Shown one piece after another: positions 46,904 to 58,005 of a DNA stretch of 64,000 nt. The notes below the pieces were generated by a model, which was not told the DNA's origin, ran no database searches, and was given only the letters and a program-made list of their open reading frames with translations. The stretch is from positions 416,001 to 480,000 of the forward strand of contig CAVSGI010000006.1 of the NCBI GenBank assembly GCA_963727445.1, in the 5' to 3' direction. The position numbers and the translations under genes were made by a program. Position 1 is the first letter of the stretch, and each line of letters starts with the position of its first letter. The stretch is from an uncultured delta proteobacterium (GTDB taxonomy: Bacteria > Myxococcota_A > Polyangia > Polyangiales > B10-G4).

Positions 46904-48595
46904 TGTCTCGCGCGCGATCTCGCCGGGGAGGGGAAACCAGCGCAGGGCCTCGAACTCCTCGTCGAGGGGAGGGTCGTCGACGAGGTCGACCTCCGAGGCC
47001 GCCGCATCCACGATGCGCTGCGCCGCCTCGAGGTAGCTCGATAGCACCGACTCGGGCTCGGTCGCGTGGCGGGAGCGGTAGGTGAGCTTGCCCCGCACGT
47101 AGGAGAGGTCGCTCAGACGCATGGCCGGATCGGGGCGGCCGGCGCGGTGATGCCACAGCCCGGTGTGTGGCTCGAAGCGATAGTGCGGCAGGAGCTTGTG
47201 CCCTTCGCGCGCGACGAAGTGCACCGCATCGAGGACGAACTGGAAGGTCTCCTCCGAGATGAAGTAGTTGAAGTTCACCCGCACCCAACCGGGCTTGATC
47301 CCCTCGCAGCCCCGGGCGATGGAGCGCTCGAGCTCGGTCTCGAAGTCGATGCCGAGGAGCCGGTGTCCGTAGGGGCCCGCGCACGAACAGCCGGAGCGCG
47401 CCTGGATGCCGAAGAGGTCGTTGAGGAGCGCCGCCACGTAGGCGTGGTGGAGGTACTGCTTTTCGTAGCGGATGACGAAGGAGACGATTGAAAGGCGCCA
47501 CGCGTCGTGGTTGCCCAGGATCTCGATGTTCGGCGCGGCGTCCCAGCTGGCGATGGCGCGATCGATGAATGACTTCTCCTTGTCGCGGATGGCCTCGTGG
47601 CCGACCGCTTCCTTGAGCTGGAAGACCAGACCGGCGCGGATGGACTCGATGATCGCGGGGGTGCCGCCCTCCTCGCGCGCCTCGGGCTCTTCGAGGTAGC
47701 GGTGCACGTTGGTGTTCACGTAAGCGACGGTGCCTCCGCCCGGGACGGCGGGGACCGAGTTCCGGAAGAGCTTGCGCTTGGCCACCAGAAGGCCGGGGGT
47801 GCCCGGGCCGCCGATGAACTTGTGGGGCGAGACGAATACCGCGTCCTTGTAGGCGAGGTGGGCGTCGGGCCCGTCGACCACCGGGTTCATCTCGATCTCC
47901 ACGTAGGGCCCGGCCGCCGCGAAGTCCCAGAACGCGAGCGCGCCGTAGCGATGCAGGAGGGTGGAGATCTCGATGGTCTTGCTGCCGATGCCGGTGACGT
48001 TGGACGCGGCGGAGAAGCTCCCGATCTTGAGCGGCCGGTCGCCGTAGCGACGGAGCTCCTCCTCGAGGTGGGCCTTGTCGATCCGGCCGTCGGCGTCCTC
48101 GTGGATCATCACCACGTCGGCGATGGACTCGCGCCACGGCAGCTCGTTCGAGTGGTGCTCGTAGGGCCCGATGAAGACCACCGGCCGCTCCTCTTCCGGG
48201 ATCCGGTCCGAGAGCTGGTATCGCTGGTCGAGCTCGCGGGGCAGGGCGAGTCCCATCACCGAGACGAGCTTGTGGATGGCGCCGGTCGCACCCGAGCCGC
48301 AGAAGATGACGACGTCTTTGTCGCTCGCACCCACCGACTCGCGGATGATCTGGCGGGCGTCCTCCCGGAAGCGCGTCGTCTGCAGACCGGTGCCCGACGA
48401 CTCGGTGTGGGTGTTGGCGTAGAGCGGCATCACCTCGTCGCGGATGAAGTCCTCGATGAAGGCGAGCGACCGTCCGCTCGCCGTGTAGTCGGCGTAGGTC
48501 ACGCGACGCGCGCCATAGGGCCCGTCGATGACCTGATCGTCGCCGATGATCGCCGCGCGGATGTTCTCGATGAGGCGCTCTGAGTCCTTCGCCAT
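46889..48595 (-). CDS. Class V PLP-dependent aminotransferase (cysteine desulfurase-like)
   Basis: YADYTASGR, EHHSNELPW, SNVTG, WDFAA, SPHKFIGGPG, EEGGTP, RSGCSCAGP. Confidence 0.9.
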   Translation of the reverse strand: MAKDSERLIENIRAAIIGDDQVIDGPYGARRVTYADYTASGRSLAFIEDFIRDEVMPLYANTHTESSGTGLQTTRFREDARQIIRESVGASDKDVVIFCGSGATGAIHKLVSVMGLALPRELDQRYQLSDRIPEEERPVVFIGPYEHHSNELPWRESIADVVMIHEDADGRIDKAHLEEELRRYGDRPLKIGSFSAASNVTGIGSKTIEISTLLHRYGALAFWDFAAAGPYVEIEMNPVVDGPDAHLAYKDAVFVSPHKFIGGPGTPGLLVAKRKLFRNSVPAVPGGGTVAYVNTNVHRYLEEPEAREEGGTPAIIESIRAGLVFQLKEAVGHEAIRDKEKSFIDRAIASWDAAPNIEILGNHDAWRLSIVSFVIRYEKQYLHHAYVAALLNDLFGIQARSGCSCAGPYGHRLLGIDFETELERSIARGCEGIKPGWVRVNFNYFISEETFQFVLDAVHFVAREGHKLLPHYRFEPHTGLWHHRAGRPDPAMRLSDLSYVRGKLTYRSRHATEPESVLSSYLEAAQRIVDAAASEVDLVDDPPLDEEFEALRWFPLPGEIARETSAAE

Positions 48596-48676
48596 ATGGA
48601 CCTCAGTCTAGGCCGAACTCGGGCGGCGCTCTGTGAGTGAGGGCAGGCTGCGCGCTCGGAGCGGCCGTTCGTAGTG

Positions 48677-49900
48677 CTAGGCCCCGGCGTCGGCGGGGGC
48701 CAGAGGGCCCACGTAGCGGGCGCGGGGACGGAGGATCGCCCCATCCCGGCGCTGCTCGAGCACATGGGCCACCCAGCCGGCGGCCCGGCCCAGGGCGAAG
48801 AGCGCTGTCCCGAGACCGCGCTCGGCGCCCAGGGAGCGGGTCACGGCGACCACCCCGAAGTCCACGCAGGGCTGCGCGCCGGTCTCGCGGGAGACGATCC
48901 GCACCAGCTCGTCGGTCAGCGCCGAGCGCGCCCGAGCCCGGCGGCTGACGGTGAGAAGAGGCGGGGTTCGCGGGTCGCCATCGGGGTAGAGGGGGTGACC
49001 GAAGCCGGGGATGCTCTGGCCGAGGGCGAGGAGCTCGTCGACGACCGCCTGAGCGCCTCGGCTCTCGCACGAGGAGAGCAGCACCTCGATGCGGTCGCAG
49101 GCGGCGCCGTGGCGAGGCCCGGTGAAGGAGTAGAGCCCTGCGCCGACGGCGGCGTAGAGGTCCGCGCCCGCCGATGCGGCGACGCGCGAGGTGAAGGTCG
49201 AGACGTTGAGCTCGTGATCTGCGCAGGCGACGAGGATCGCGTCCACGGCGCGGGTCGCTTCCGCGAGGTCGTTGTCGGTGAGGGTCGCGGCGATGCCTTC
49301 GGCGATGCGGCTGCCGATGGAGATGGGCGCACCCACCAGCGCACCAGCGAGCGCGCGAAGCAGGCCACGGGCGCGGTCGAGCTCCAGGGCGGGCGTGCCC
49401 GAGTGACGCGCCGTGTCGGCGAGGGCCAACCCGGGAAGCGCCTGGACGAGACGCCACACCGGCGGGGCCTCGGGGTAGGGCACGCGCGCGAGCATTCGCG
49501 GCGACGGCCAGCGCTCGACGGGCTCCGAGGCCCAGAGGATCTCTGCGACGGATTCGAAGGTAGCGCCGGACTTGATCAGCTCCTTCACCGGCCGACCGCG
49601 GTAACGGGGCGAGCTCGGGCGCACCTCGGTGATCGCCGAGTCGAGGACGGGGTGGCCGAAGCGGAGCGCAGAGCCGGCCACGGCGGCGTGACCTCGGCGC
49701 GCGGCGGAGCGGCGGGCGAGGCGATCCACGTCCTCCGCGAGGTAGAGACCGGAGCGCCCCTTCGTGTCGAGGCGCCGAATGAGTCCACGGCTCACGTAGC
49801 TGTAGAGGCTCGTTCGTTTCACACCCAGACGCGCGCAGGCCTCGCCGGCGTCGATGTAGCCAATCGGTGGATCGTCGAGTCGAGCTGTCTCGGAGGCCAT
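48677..49900 (-). CDS. Citrate synthase family protein with N-terminal HTH
   Basis: [63 protein letters not shown]. Confidence 0.88.
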   Translation of the reverse strand: MASETARLDDPPIGYIDAGEACARLGVKRTSLYSYVSRGLIRRLDTKGRSGLYLAEDVDRLARRSAARRGHAAVAGSALRFGHPVLDSAITEVRPSSPRYRGRPVKELIKSGATFESVAEILWASEPVERWPSPRMLARVPYPEAPPVWRLVQALPGLALADTARHSGTPALELDRARGLLRALAGALVGAPISIGSRIAEGIAATLTDNDLAEATRAVDAILVACADHELNVSTFTSRVAASAGADLYAAVGAGLYSFTGPRHGAACDRIEVLLSSCESRGAQAVVDELLALGQSIPGFGHPLYPDGDPRTPPLLTVSRRARARSALTDELVRIVSRETGAQPCVDFGVVAVTRSLGAERGLGTALFALGRAAGWVAHVLEQRRDGAILRPRARYVGPLAPADAGA

Positions 49901-50076
49901 GGTCAATCTGAGATCGGATATCCCATGAAAAGCGAAGTGGAGACACATTGATTGATGATCAATGCTTGTGAAAGGCCGCAAGGCGTCCGACGAGGTCGCC
50001 CAACGACGTGGGCCCTCGTAGGCACCAGGGAGCCGTTCGCAAGGAGGGACGCTTCGGGGGGCGTTCCCCGCTCGGA

Positions 50077-50734
50077 TCAGAGGCTGATCTCGGTCAGGTC
50101 CGGTCCGGCGAGGACCTTGGTCCCGGTCTTCTCTTGAACGTCCGAGGCGCTCACCCCCGGCGCGAGCTCCTTGAGCACCAGCCCTTCCGAGGTCACGTCG
50201 AGGACGGCGAGGTCGGTGATGATGCGGTGGACCACGCCCTTGCCGGTGAGCGGCAGCGTGCACTCCTCCACGATCTTCGGCTCGCCCTTCTTGTTCACGT
50301 GATCGGTGATCACGACCACGCGCTTGGCGCCGACGACCAGATCCATCGCGCCGCCCATGCCCTTGACCATCTTGCCGGGGATCATCCAGTTGGCCAGGTC
50401 CCCTTTGCCGGAGACCTCCATGGTCCCGAGGATGGCGAGGTCGATGTGACCGCCGCGGATCATGGCGAAGCTGGTGGCGCTGTCGAAGGTGGCTGAGCCG
50501 GGGAGCATGGTGATTGTCTGCTTGCCGGCGTTGATGAGGTCGGGATCCTCGTCGCCTTCGTACGGGAAGGGCCCGATGCCGAGGAGGCCGTTCTCCGATC
50601 TGAAGCATCACGTCCATCCCCTCGGGGATGTAGTTCGCGACCAGGGTCGGCATGCCGATCCCGAGGTTCACGTTGTAGCCGTCGCGGAGCTCCTGCGCGG
50701 CCCGTTGAGCGATCTGTTCGCGGGTCAGGGGCAT
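50077..50734 (-). CDS. scoB: 3-oxoacid CoA-transferase subunit B (frameshift near 50600)
   Basis: [15 protein letters not shown](S)[35 protein letters not shown]. Confidence 0.85.
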
Positions 50735-50771
50735 TTCTTCAGCTCCTTCTTTCTGGGGGCTGCTCGCCCCC

Positions 50772-51475
50772 TCACTGCCCCCTCGGGCGGGTGGTGAGCC
50801 GCTCGATTCGCTTTTCGTGCTTGCCGTTACCGACCACGATGCGCTGCACGAAGACGCCGGCGGTGTGGATCTGCTCGGGGTCGAGCTCGCCGGCTCGACC
50901 AGCTCCTCGACCTCGGCGATGGTGACCTTGCCGGCCATCGCGCAGAGCGGATTGAAGTTCCGCGCGGTCTTGCGGTAGACGAGGTTGCCGTAGCGGTCAC
51001 CCTTCCACGCTTTGACCAGGGCGAAGTCGCCGGTGATGCCGCGCTCCATCACGTACTTTCGGCCGTCGAACTCGCGGGTCTCCTTGCCTTCGGCGATCTG
51101 CGTTCCGTAGCCGCTCGGCGTGAAGAAGGCGGGGATGCCGGCGCCGCCTGCGCGCAGGCGCTCGGCCAGGGTGCCCTGCGGCACGAGGTCCACCTCGAGC
51201 TCGCCCGAGAGGAACTGCCGCTCGAACTCCTTGTTCTCGCCGACGTAACTCGAGACCATCTTCTTGATCTGCTTCGGCTCGAGGAGCAGCCCGAGGCCGA
51301 AGCCGTCGACGCCGCAGTTGTTCGAGACGACGGTGAGGTTCTTGACGCCCTTCTTGGCGAGCGCCGCGATGGTGAGCTCCGGGATCCCGCAGAGCCCGAA
51401 CCCGCCGGCGACGAGGGTGGCGCCATCCGGGATGTCCGCCACCGCCGCGTCGGCGCTTTCGACGACCTTGTCCAT
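50772..51475 (-). CDS. scoA: 3-oxoacid CoA-transferase subunit A (frameshift near 50892)
   Basis: [49 protein letters not shown]. Confidence 0.85.
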
Positions 51476-51507
51476 GGGCGCCGGGATACCAAATCCCGGC
51501 CGGGGCG

Positions 51508-52624
51508 TCACCCGCGCTCGATGGCGTCGACGAAGCGGCGGAAGAGGTAGCGGGAGTCGTGGGGGCCCGCGCTCGCCTCCGGGTGGTACTGCACGCTGAA
51601 GGCGCCGGATTCGTGGTGCTCGATGCCCTCGCAGGTGCCGTCGTTGAGATGGACGTGGGTCATCTTCGCCTTGCCCTCGAGGGTGGGGACGTCGACGACG
51701 AAGCCGTGGTTCTGGCTGGTGACCTCGATGCGCCCGGTGGCGAGGTCCTTCACCGGCTGGTTCAGACCGCGGTGGCCGAACTTGAGCTTGGAGGTGCCTC
51801 CGCCAACGGCCTGGCAGAGGATCTGATGGCCCAGGCAGATGCCGAAGACGGGCTTGTTGCCGAGGAGCGACTCGACCGTCTCGACGCCGTGCTGAACGGC
51901 GGCGGGATCGCCGGGACCGTTCGAGAGGAAGACGCCATCGGGCGACAGGCCGAGGATGGCGTCGGCGGTGGTGGTCGCCGGGACGACGGTCACACGGCAG
52001 CCGACGTCGACCAGGCAGCGGAGGATGTTGTGTTTGACCCCGAAATCGACCGCGACCACGTGGGGGCCACTCTTCGGGTCGCGTTCGAGCGCCCAGTCGC
52101 CCGAGCCTTCGGTCCAGGCGTGGGGCTCGGCGCAGGTGACTTCGCCCGTGAGGTCGCGGCCGGTCATGGGCGGCGCGGCCTTGGCGCGATCGTGAAGGAC
52201 GCTCGGGTCCTCGGTGCCGATGGCTGCCATCTGCGCGCCCGCGTCGCGGATGTGGCGGGTGAGCGCCCGCGTGTCGACGCCCGAGATCGCGACGATGCCA
52301 TGCTTCTTCAGATAGTCCGTGAGGCTCGAGGTCGCGCGCCAGTTGCTCGTGACGGACGACATCTCGTGGACGACGAAGCCCGAGACGAAGGGCCGGCGCG
52401 TCTCCTCGTCGTCCTCGTTGACCCCGGTGTTGCCGATCTGCGGGGCGGTCATGGTGACGATCTGCCCGCAGTAGGAGGGGATCGGTGAGCACCTCCTGGT
52501 AGCCGGTCATGCCGGTGGTGAAGACCACTTCGCCGATGGTGATTCCGTCGGCGCCGACCATGTGGCCGGCGTAGCGCGTGCCGTCGGCGAGGACGAGGTG
52601 ACAGGGCTTTTCGTGGGCGCTCAC
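51508..52624 (-). CDS. carA: Carbamoyl-phosphate synthase small subunit (frameshift near 52478)
   Basis: [55 protein letters not shown]. Confidence 0.93.
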
Positions 52625-53915
52625 GGATCCGGGCTTTCGTGCACGACTTCACCGCCGACGACCGTCATGCGAACGGCGCCGACGACCTCCTGATCGAGCC
52701 AGGGGGTGTTGTGGCTGCGGGAGCGTAGCGCGTCTTTTTGGACGATCCACCGTCGCTCGGGGGAGAGCACCGTGATGTCGGCGCGCGCGCCTTCGATGAG
52801 GCGTCCGCCTTCGTAGTCGGGGAGGAGCTTCGCTGGCGCGGTGGAGAGCACCTCGGCGAAGCGGAGCGGGGTCAAGACCTCCTCGCGGACGAGGGAGAGG
52901 AGGATGGGGACGGCGGTCTCGAGACCGATGATGCCGACCGACGCGGCGCCGAACTCGCAGTCCTTCTCGAGGGTGCTGTGCGGGGCGTGGTCGGTGGCGA
53001 CGCAGTCGATGGTGCCGTCCGCGAGGGCCGCCCGCAGCGCCTCCCGATCCTCGTCGGTGCGGAGCGGTGGGTTTACTTTGCAGTGGGTGTCGTAGCCGAG
53101 GAGCGCCTCGTCGGTGAGCGAGAGGTGGTGAGGCGTGACCTCGGCGGAGACGCGGAGCCCGCGCGCTCTTGGCCTCGCGCAGCAGGCGGACGGCGCCGAG
53201 GGACGAGATGTGGGCCACGTGATAGCGGCAGCCGGTGCCCTCGGCGAGGATCAGGTCGCGGGCGACGATCACGTCCTCGGCTTCCCGCGGCCAGCCGCGC
53301 GAGCCCGAGGCGGGTGGAGACCACGCCCTCGTGCATCTGGGCGCCGCGGGTGAGGTGGTGATCTTCGCAGTGCTGGGAGACGAGGAGGTCGAAGGTGCGC
53401 GCGTACTCCATCGCGCGGCGCATGACGGCGGCGTCCATCACACAGAGGCCGTCGTCGCTCACGCCGATCGCTCCCGCATCGCGGAGATCGGCCATCTCCG
53501 TGAGCTCTTCGCCGGCGAGGCCGCGGGTGAGGGCGCCGAAGGGCAAAAGGCGCGTACCGCCGACCTCCGCAGCGCGCGCGACCATCATCTCGGTGATTGC
53601 GCGGGTGTCGTTCGCCGGCTTGGTGTTCGCCATCGGGCAGACGGCGGTGAAGCCGCCGGCGGCGGCGGCGGCGAGGCCGGAGGCGATGTCCTCCTTGTAT
53701 TCCTGGCCGGGCTCCCGCAGATGGACGTGGAGATCGATCAGGCCTGGGAGCACCCAGTCGCCGTCGAGGTCGACGAAACGGATCGCTTCGCCGCTCAGCC
53801 CCTCGGCTGCGCCGGTTCCGATGCGGGTGACGCGGCCCTGATCGATGACGACGTCCGCCGTGGCGTCGTGTCCACTCGCCGGGTCGATCACCCGCCCGCG
53901 CCGAAGCACCAACAT
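52621..53915 (-). CDS. pyrC: Dihydroorotase (frameshifts near 53305 and 53165)
   Basis: [60 protein letters not shown]. Confidence 0.9.
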
Positions 53916-53977
53916 GGACGGGGGGCCTAGTCCCTCGGGTCAGGTCGTGTCAACGGAGCTCGACCTGGCCCTTCGCT

Positions 53978-54250
53978 TCAGACGGCTTCTTGCTGGGAGT
54001 CGTCCGAGACCTCGGCGCTCTCGACGTCCTGCTCATCGAGATCGTCGCTGACCGCGCCGATCGTCCCGACGGAAGAAGCCTTCGACTTCTTGTCCTCGAG
54101 ACGGGTCTTCATGGACATGACTTTGCGGTACAGGGACGCGAAATCCTTGTGACGCGCGGCCATGGTGGGGGTTCCTCCGCGAAGGAGGGTCTGGAGGATG
54201 AACTCCATGACCTGGATTTCGCCCTCGGAGAAGCTGTTGCTGATTCGCAT
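53978..54250 (-). CDS. Small hypothetical protein
   Basis: 90-aa ORF with high-GC3 codons and a helical N-terminal half. Confidence 0.6.
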   Translation of the reverse strand: MRISNSFSEGEIQVMEFILQTLLRGGTPTMAARHKDFASLYRKVMSMKTRLEDKKSKASSVGTIGAVSDDLDEQDVESAEVSDDSQQEAV

Positions 54251-54559
54251 GGTCCAGATCTAACTCAAGGGTCGTGCAATGACAATTCATGACGTGAGAT
54301 GTAGGGTCACAGAAGGTCATGTCACAGATTAGCTTTGCCTTATATCTGCTGATGATTGCACGTGAAACACTCGTCAAGTTTTCTGCATCATTTGTGATCA
54401 GTATCGGGCGCGATCGCCATCAATCGATCCGGATCGCCTTGACACGATTTGCAAACTCTCGGGTTCCTTGCACTTTTGGGGATCGGCCACGATACCCAGC
54501 GATCGCTTTTATCTAAGTGATCGAAATGATTGGGGGTTGGGGCGGGAGCGCGCTTCGCT

Positions 54560-54661
54560 GCGCACGCGCGGTTGGTTGTGCGGGGGTCTTGGCGAGGTGG
54601 TGGCCGGGGGGCGCACGCGCGGTTGGTTGTGCGGGGGTCTTGGCGAGGTGGTGGCCGGGGG
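54560..54661. repeat. 2 x 51-bp tandem repeat
   Basis: GCGCACGCGCGGTTGGTTGTGCGGGGGTCTTGGCGAGGTGGTGGCCGGGGG at 54560 and 54611. Confidence 0.9.
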
Positions 54662-54726
54662 CGGTACGCTCGTTTCGCTTCGCTCACTCAGTTTGATGGT
54701 GGCGAGCGCCCTTAGCGCCGCTTGAT

Positions 54727-54997
54727 GGGGACGGTCTACACTTTTCAACCTTCGGCCGGGCTGCGCGCATGCGCCCGGAACCCGCGGGTGCGTGGCGAAA
54801 GTTGAAAAGTGAGCGCAGCGAACGCTCTGAGCGCAGCGAAGCGCGCTTAGCGCCGCGTGATGGGGACGGTCTACACTTTTCAACTTTCGGCTGGGCTGCG
54901 CGCATGCGCCCGGAACCCGGGGGGTGCGTGGCGAAAGTTGAAGAGTGTAGACCGTCCCCGTGTGCGTGGCGAAAGTTGAAAAGTGTAGACCGTCCCC
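54727..54997. repeat. REP/REPIN- or MITE-like inverted-repeat cluster
   Basis: GGGGACGGTCTACACTTTTCAAC(C/T)TTCG at 54727 and 54862; inverted copies at 54932-54959, 54970-54997 and a partial one at 54796-54811. Confidence 0.8.
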
Positions 54998-55010
54998 GTT
55001 AGCGGTTGGC

Positions 55011-56717
55011 TCAGTCCAGCACTGCGTCCGCGGCCGTTACCCTCAGGACCTCGTCGATCGTGGTGATGCCTTCGAGGATCTTCTTGATGCCGGCCATGCG
55101 GAGGGTGTCGACGCCATCGCGGATCATCTCGATCTTGAGCTCGGCGGTGTTGGCGCCCTCCAGCACCCGGTTCTTCAGGTTCTCGGTGAAGGGCATGACC
55201 TCGTAGAGGGCGACGCGGCCCTTGTAGCCCGTGTCGTTGCACGTGCGACAGCCGCGGCCCTTCATGATGGTCGCGCCCTCGATCTGCTCGGGACGAAAGC
55301 CCGCGTTCACGAGCGCGTCGTGGTCGACCTCGATCGGCTCCTTGCAGTCGGCGCAGATGCGGCGGGCGAGGCGCTGGGCGAGGACGAGGTTGACCGACGC
55401 CGTCACGAGGAAAGGCTCCACACCCATGTTCAGGAGGCGCGTCACCGTGCTCGGCGCGTCGTTGGTGTGCAGCGTCGAGAGCACGAGGTGGCCGGTGAGC
55501 GCAGCCTTGACCGCGATCTCGCCCGTCTCGAAGTCCCGGATCTCACCGACCATGATGATGTCGGGGTCCTGGCGCAGGAAGCTGCGGAGCGACGCGGCGA
55601 AGTTCAGCCCGATGTCCTCGTGCTGCTGCACCTGGTTGATGCCCATCAAGTTGTACTCGACGGGATCCTCGGCGGTGCTGATGTTCGTCTCCATGTCGTT
55701 CAGCTCGGAGAGCGCCGAATAGAGCGTCGTCGTCTTACCGGAGCCGGTGGGACCCGTGACGAGCACCATCCCGTAGGGCTGATGGATGGCGTGCTTGAAG
55801 TCGGCGAGCGGCTTCTCGCCGAAGCCGAGCTTGCGCATGTCGAGCTGCAGGTTCGACTTGTCGAGAAGACGCATGACGATCTTCTCGCCCCAGATCGTCG
55901 GCAGCACCGAGACGCGGAAGTCCATCTCGCGCCCCTTGCCGAGCTTGAGCTTGATGCGTCCGTCCTGGGGCAGGCGCCGCTCGGCGATGTCCAGTGAGGA
56001 CATGATCTTGAAGCGTGACGCGATCGCGTTCTTCAACTGGATCGGTGGCGTCATCTCCTGGTGCAGCACGCCATCGATGCGATAGCGCACCCGCAGCACC
56101 TTCTCGTAGGGCTCGATGTGGATGTCGCTCGTGCCCTTCTTGATGGCGTTCAAGAGGATGGCGTTGCAGAGGCGCACCACGGGGGCCGCCTCGGACTCGG
56201 AGGCGAGATCGACGCCGTCGAGGTCGTCCTCTTCGGCGAACTCGATCTCCGATTCGTCGAAGCCCTCCATGATCTCGTCGTAGGAGATCTCGGGTGCCGC
56301 GTAGTGGCGCTCGATCGCCGCGACGATGGCCGCTTCGGAGGAGACGACGGGCTCGACGTTGTAGCCGGTGAGGAACTTGATGTCGTCGATGGCGTGCAGG
56401 TTCGACGGATCGGCCATCGCGACGATCAACGAGGAGCCCGCGCGCGACACCGGGATGATCTTGTGCCTCAGGCATACCTCGTTGCTCACCAGCTTGATGA
56501 CCTCGCGATCGATCTCGTACTCGGAGAGATCGATCGCTTGCACGCGATACTGCTGGCTCAGGAACTCGGTGATCTCCTGATCGGAGATGAACCCCATCTT
56601 CGCGAGGGCGTATCCGAGGCTGGCGCCTGACTTCTGCTGCTCTTCTTGGGCTACACGGAGCTGCTGCAGGCTGATGAGCTTTTGTCTGACCAGAAGCTCG
56701 CCGAGTCGGTTCGACAT
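55011..56717 (-). CDS. pilB: Type IV-A pilus assembly ATPase
   Basis: MshEN-like RLGELLV, SDIHIEPYE, DIAERRLPQDGR, GPTGSGKTT, LRQDPD, ALTGHLVLSTLHTND, CxxC pairs. Confidence 0.93.
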   Translation of the reverse strand: MSNRLGELLVRQKLISLQQLRVAQEEQQKSGASLGYALAKMGFISDQEITEFLSQQYRVQAIDLSEYEIDREVIKLVSNEVCLRHKIIPVSRAGSSLIVAMADPSNLHAIDDIKFLTGYNVEPVVSSEAAIVAAIERHYAAPEISYDEIMEGFDESEIEFAEEDDLDGVDLASESEAAPVVRLCNAILLNAIKKGTSDIHIEPYEKVLRVRYRIDGVLHQEMTPPIQLKNAIASRFKIMSSLDIAERRLPQDGRIKLKLGKGREMDFRVSVLPTIWGEKIVMRLLDKSNLQLDMRKLGFGEKPLADFKHAIHQPYGMVLVTGPTGSGKTTTLYSALSELNDMETNISTAEDPVEYNLMGINQVQQHEDIGLNFAASLRSFLRQDPDIIMVGEIRDFETGEIAVKAALTGHLVLSTLHTNDAPSTVTRLLNMGVEPFLVTASVNLVLAQRLARRICADCKEPIEVDHDALVNAGFRPEQIEGATIMKGRGCRTCNDTGYKGRVALYEVMPFTENLKNRVLEGANTAELKIEMIRDGVDTLRMAGIKKILEGITTIDEVLRVTAADAVLD

Positions 56718-56838
56718 CGCGTTCCTTTCTCGCGGAGGGGTAGGGCGCAAAGGATACCAGAGGAGCCCCCTGTGGCCCCCCGACCAATTCAGCGCGAACG
56801 TCCCACCCCCACCTCCGATCCGGACTAAGCTTCGCTCG

Positions 56839-58005
56839 ATGAGCTTCCTCAGGCGGATGTTCAGCCGACCCTACCGCCAGGCGCGCGCTGCGGAAGGTGC
56901 TGGGGATTACCGACGCGCCGCGGCGCTCTACGTCGAGGCCGAGCTCCCCGAGGAGGCGGCCAATGCGCTCCTCTTTCACGCCGCCCGCGCTCCCACCCTC
57001 GAGGAGCGGCTGGCGGCCTACCACGACGCCCTTCGCTGGCTCCCCGAGGATCATCCCCGGAGGCCCGAAGTGGAGGCGCAGATCGGGCTCGCGGTTCTGG
57101 ATGATGCACGGCGCCGCGGAGCGCGGAGCGCCGAGGAAAAGCGCCGCCTCGCCGACGCCGCCAAGCGCCTCGAGGAGGCCGACCGACCCACGGAGGCGGC
57201 CAACGCGTGGGAGCTCCTCGAGCGCTGGGACGACGCCGCGCGCTGTCTCGAGGCCGCGGGCGAGGTGGAGCGCCTCGAAGCGCTCCTCGAGCGTACCGGC
57301 GAGGCCGAGGACCGGCGTCGCAAGCTCCGGGGCTTCGTGAAGGAATACGAGATGGCGATGGCGGTCGGGGCACGCCTCGAGGCCCGGGACGCCCTGCAGA
57401 AGGCGCTCGCCGTCGATCCCCAGGACACGTCGGTGGCCGAGCTCCTTCGCCGGCTCACGGCGCGGATGCCGAGCCCACACCGGATCGAGCTTCGAGTCGA
57501 CGAGCGCCGGGTGCTCGCCATCGGTAAGCTCCCCGCCGTGCTGGGGCGCGTAGGGGCCGACGTCGTGATTCGCGGTGCGAGCGTCTCGCGGCACCACACC
57601 GAGATCGACGTCGTGGACGGGGCGCTGGTCGTGCGTGACCTCGACAGTCGCAACGGGACGCTGATCCGCGGCCTGCCGATCGTGGGAGAGGTGCGCCTCG
57701 AAGGGGAGACCACCCTCGGCCTGGGCGACGACGTCACGTTGAAGGTGGTGACGACAGGCGACCTGAACGTGGAGATCCACGTCGACCGCGGCCTCGACCG
57801 TGGGACGGTGGTCTTGATCGGCAAGGCCGCGATGCGTCTTCCCGTCGCGCCTGGCCGCGTGTTCTTCGCCGAGGGCCACGCGACGCTGGAGGCGGACGAA
57901 GGGATCGAGCTTCGCCTCGGGTCCCAGGAGTGCGCCCTGCCCATCCTGCTCCTCGACGAGGACGAGATCACCCTCGGGCCGCATCGAATCGGGGTGCGCC
58001 GATGA
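56839..58005 (+). CDS. FHA domain protein with N-terminal helical repeats
   Basis: LGR, SVSRHH, DLDSRNGT FHA motifs. Confidence 0.8.
   Translation: MSFLRRMFSRPYRQARAAEGAGDYRRAAALYVEAELPEEAANALLFHAARAPTLEERLAAYHDALRWLPEDHPRRPEVEAQIGLAVLDDARRRGARSAEEKRRLADAAKRLEEADRPTEAANAWELLERWDDAARCLEAAGEVERLEALLERTGEAEDRRRKLRGFVKEYEMAMAVGARLEARDALQKALAVDPQDTSVAELLRRLTARMPSPHRIELRVDERRVLAIGKLPAVLGRVGADVVIRGASVSRHHTEIDVVDGALVVRDLDSRNGTLIRGLPIVGEVRLEGETTLGLGDDVTLKVVTTGDLNVEIHVDRGLDRGTVVLIGKAAMRLPVAPGRVFFAEGHATLEADEGIELRLGSQECALPILLLDEDEITLGPHRIGVRR

Noticed and set aside
48677..52624. 1315-aa CarA/ScoA/ScoB/citrate synthase fusion
   Set aside because: Chance read-through of four separate genes caused by frameshifts and stop-poor GC-rich sequence.
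50077..53915. Pseudogenes or programmed frameshifting in scoAB, carA and pyrC
   Set aside because: Motifs are intact, I saw no shared slippery site, and similar indels occur throughout the window; sequencing error is simpler.
54560..54997. CRISPR array or intact IS element
   Set aside because: Repeats are tandem or inverted, without spacers or a transposase ORF.
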